Source: the human T2T-CHM13v2.0 reference genome, Homo sapiens
Reading direction: 5' to 3' (one strand)
Assembly: GCF_009914755.1 (NCBI RefSeq)
Contig: NC_060926.1
Length of the DNA stretch: 64,000 bases
This document shows, piece after piece, positions 61,201-64,000 of the stretch. Every line of letters starts with the position of its first letter. The first letter of the stretch is position 1. Under the pieces are notes generated by a model that had not been told where the DNA came from, made no database searches, and saw nothing but the letters and a program-made list of their open reading frames with translations. A program made the position numbers and the translations under genes.

Positions 61201-64000
61201 AGCAATGTCAGAAACTTTTTCATGATGTATCTACTCAGCTAACAGAGTTGAACCTTTCTTTTGAGAGAGCAGTTTTGAAACACTCTTTTTGTGGAATCTG
61301 CAAGTGGATATTTGTCTAGCTTTGAGGATTTCGTTGGAAACGGGTTTACATATAAAAAGCAGACAGCAGCATTCCCAGAATCTTCTTTGTGATGTTTGCA
61401 TTCAAGTCACAGAGTTGAACATTCCCTTTCATAGAGCAGGTTTGAAACACTCTTTTTGTAGTATCTGGATGTGGACATTTGGAGCGCTTTCAGGCCTATG
61501 GTGAAAAAGGAAATATCTTCCCCTGAAAACTAGACAGAAGCATTCTCAGAATCTTATTTGTGATGTGCGCCCTCAACTAACAGTGTTGAAGCTTTCTTTT
61601 GATAGAGCAGTTTTGAAACACTCTTTTTGTGAAATCTGCAAGAGGATATTTGGATAGATTTGAGGATTTCGTTGGAAACGGTATTGTCTTCATATAAACT
61701 CTAGACAGAAGCATTCTCAGAAGCTTCATTGGGATGTTTCAATTGAAGTCACAGTGTTGAACAGTCCCTTTCATAGAGCAGGTTTGAAACACTCTTTTTG
61801 TAGTATCTGGAAGTGGACATTTGGAGCGCTCTCAGGACTGCAGTGAAAAAGGAAATATCTTCCAATAAAAGCTAGATAGAAGCAATGTCAGAAACTTTTT
61901 CATGATGTATCTACTCAGCTAACAGAGTTGAACCTTCCTTTGCGAGAGCAGTTTTGAAACACTCTTTTTGTGGAATCTGCAAGTGGATATTTGTCTAGCT
62001 TTGAGGATTTCGTTGGAAACGGGATTACATATAAAAAGCAGACAGCAGCATTCCCAGAAACTTCTTTGTGATGTTTGCATTCAAGTCACAGAGTTGAACA
62101 CTCCCTTTCATAGAGCAGGTTTGAAACACTCTTTTTGTAGTATCTGGATGTGGACATTTGCAGCGCTTTCAGGCCTAAGGTGAAAAAGGAAATATCTTCC
62201 CCTGAAAACTAGACAGAAGCATTCTCAGAAACTTATTTGTGATGTGCGCCCTCAACTAACAGTGTTGAAGCTTTCTTTTGATAGAGCAGTTTTGAAACAC
62301 TCTTTTTGTAATATCTGCAAGAGGATATTTGGATAGCTTTGAGGATTTCGTTGGAAACGGGATTGTCTTCATATAAACTCTAGACAGAAGCATTCTCAGA
62401 GGCTTCATTGGGATGTTTCAATTGAAGTCACAGTGTTGAACAGTTCCTTTCATAGAACAGGTTTGAAACACTCTTTTTGTAGTATCGGGAAGTGGACATT
62501 TGGAGCGCTCTCAGGACTATGGTGAAAAAGGAAATATCTTCCAATAAAAGCTACATAGAAGCAATGTCAGAAACTTTTTCATGATGTATCTACTCAGCTA
62601 ACAGAGTTGAACCTTTCCTTTGAGAGAGCAGTTTTGAAACACTCTTTTTGTGGAATCTGCAAGTGGATATTTGCTTAGCTTTGAGGATTTCGTTGGAAAC
62701 GGGATTACATATAAAAAGCAGACAGCAGCATTCCCAGTAACTTCTTTGTGATGTTTGCATTCAAGTCACAGAGTTGAACATGCCCTTTCATAGAGCAGGT
62801 TTGAAACACTCTTTTTGTAGTATCTGGATGTGGACATTTGGAGCGCTTTCAGGCCTATCGTGAAAAAGGAAATATCTTCTCCTGAAAACTAGACAGAAGC
62901 ATTCTCAGAATCTTATTTGTGATGTGCGCCCTCAACTAACAGTGTTGAAGCTTTCTTTTGATAGAGCAGTTTTGAAACAGTCTTTTTGTAAAATCTGCAA
63001 GAGGATATTTGGATAGCTTTGAGGATTTCGTTGGAAACGGGATTGTCTTCATATAAACTCTAGACAGAAGCATTCTCAGAAGCTTCATTGGGATGTTTCA
63101 ATTGAAGTCACAGTGTTGAACAGTCCCTTTCATAGAGCAGGTTTGAAACACTCTTTTTGTAGTATCTGGATGTGGACATTTAGAGCGCTTTCAGGCCTAT
63201 GGTTTAAAAGGAAATATCTTCCCCTGAAAACTAGACAGAAGCATTCTCAGAAACTTATTTGTGATGTGCGCCCTCAACTAACAGTGTTGAAGCATTCTTT
63301 TGATAGAGCAGTTTTGAAACACTCTTTTTGTGGAATCTGCAAGTGGATATTGGTCTATCTTTGAGGATTTCGTTGGAAACAGGATTACATATAAAAAGCA
63401 GACAGCAGCATTCCCAGAAACTTCTTTGTGATGTTTGCATTCAAGTCACAGAGTTGAACATTCCCTTTCATAGAGCAGGTTTGAAACACTCTTTTTGTAG
63501 TATCTGGATGTGGACATTTGGAGCGCTTTCAGGCCTATGGTGAAAAAGGAAATATCTTCCCCTGAAAACTAGACAGAAGCATTCTCAGAAACTTATTTGT
63601 GATGTGCGCCCTCAACTAACAGTGTTGAAGCTTTCTTTTGACAGAGCAGTTTTGAAACACTCTTTTTGTAATATCTGCAAGAGGATATTTGGATAGCTTT
63701 GAGGATTTCGTTGGAAACGGGATTGTCTTCATATAAACTCTAGACAGAAGCATTCTCAGAAGCTTCATTGGGATGTTTCAATTGAAGTCACAGTGTTGAA
63801 CAGTCCCTTTCATAGAGCAGGTTTGAAACACTCTTTTTGTAGTATCTAGATGTGGACATTTGGAGCGCTTTCAGGCCTATGGTTTAAAAGGAAATATCTT
63901 CCCCTGAAAACTAGACAGAAGCATTCTCAGAAACTTATTTGTGATGTGCGCCCTCAACTAACAGTGTTGAAGCATTCTTTTGATAGAGCAGTTTTGAAAC

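Larger units (their letters stand above)
1..64000 (+). repeat. Centromeric alpha-satellite HOR array, 680-bp 4-mer (about 94 HOR-equivalents), SF2-like, probably human chr2 D2Z1
   Basis: Continuous ~171-bp monomers carry typical alphoid motifs (cattctcagaaact..., gcagttttgaaacactctttttgt, gaggatttcgttggaaacggga). The 680-bp period is visible in ORF spacing (e.g. 41232/41912/42592/43272). There is one XbaI site (tctaga) at the end of each intact A monomer. Alpha-satellite identity is essentially certain; the D2Z1 assignment is recalled knowledge (about 0.7). Confidence 0.98.

Noticed and set aside
464-63543. Recurrent 60-83 aa ORFs (MWNLQVDICL..., MLNSPFHRAG..., MQTSQRS..., MKLLRML...)
   Set aside because: They are chance open frames in alpha-satellite, many starting at TTG/GTG, toggled by single SNVs and with no gene structure. 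Any database hits would be spurious satellite translations.
1-64000. Possible L1/Alu insertion, inversion or monomeric divergent alpha-satellite
   Set aside because: No non-alphoid sequence, poly(A) tail or reverse-orientation monomer was seen on reading through, and units remain highly similar.
1-64000. A novel protein-coding or RNA-guided biological system
   Set aside because: Nothing in the sequence supports one. Any novelty is limited to array architecture, and some of these variants may already be catalogued in complete-centromere annotations.

Overview
The whole 64 kb is one uninterrupted, single-orientation array of primate (human-type) centromeric alpha-satellite DNA. I saw no genes, transposons, inversions or other non-satellite insertions. 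The basic unit is a 680-bp 4-monomer higher-order repeat (HOR) with monomers of 171+171+167+171 bp (here called A, B, C, D). CENP-B boxes lie in alternate monomers (A and C, spaced 342/338 bp) and pJalpha/A-type boxes in the others (B and D). This dimeric layout, plus one XbaI site per unit, best fits a suprachromosomal family 2 live array such as chromosome 2 D2Z1; that assignment is inference, not a database result. All listed ORFs are repeat-derived artefacts, useful only as haplotype markers. I found no novel gene system. The notable signal is structure above and below the 4-mer: recurring ordered HOR subtypes (a 16-mer core and 20-/28-mer super-repeats), a chimeric 4-mer, 2-mer variants whose breakpoints fall in the CENP-B or pJalpha boxes, a ~9-kb tandem duplication, two haplotype domains separated by a rearranged zone, and propagated inactive CENP-B boxes. 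All variant calls were made by eye and may be incomplete.
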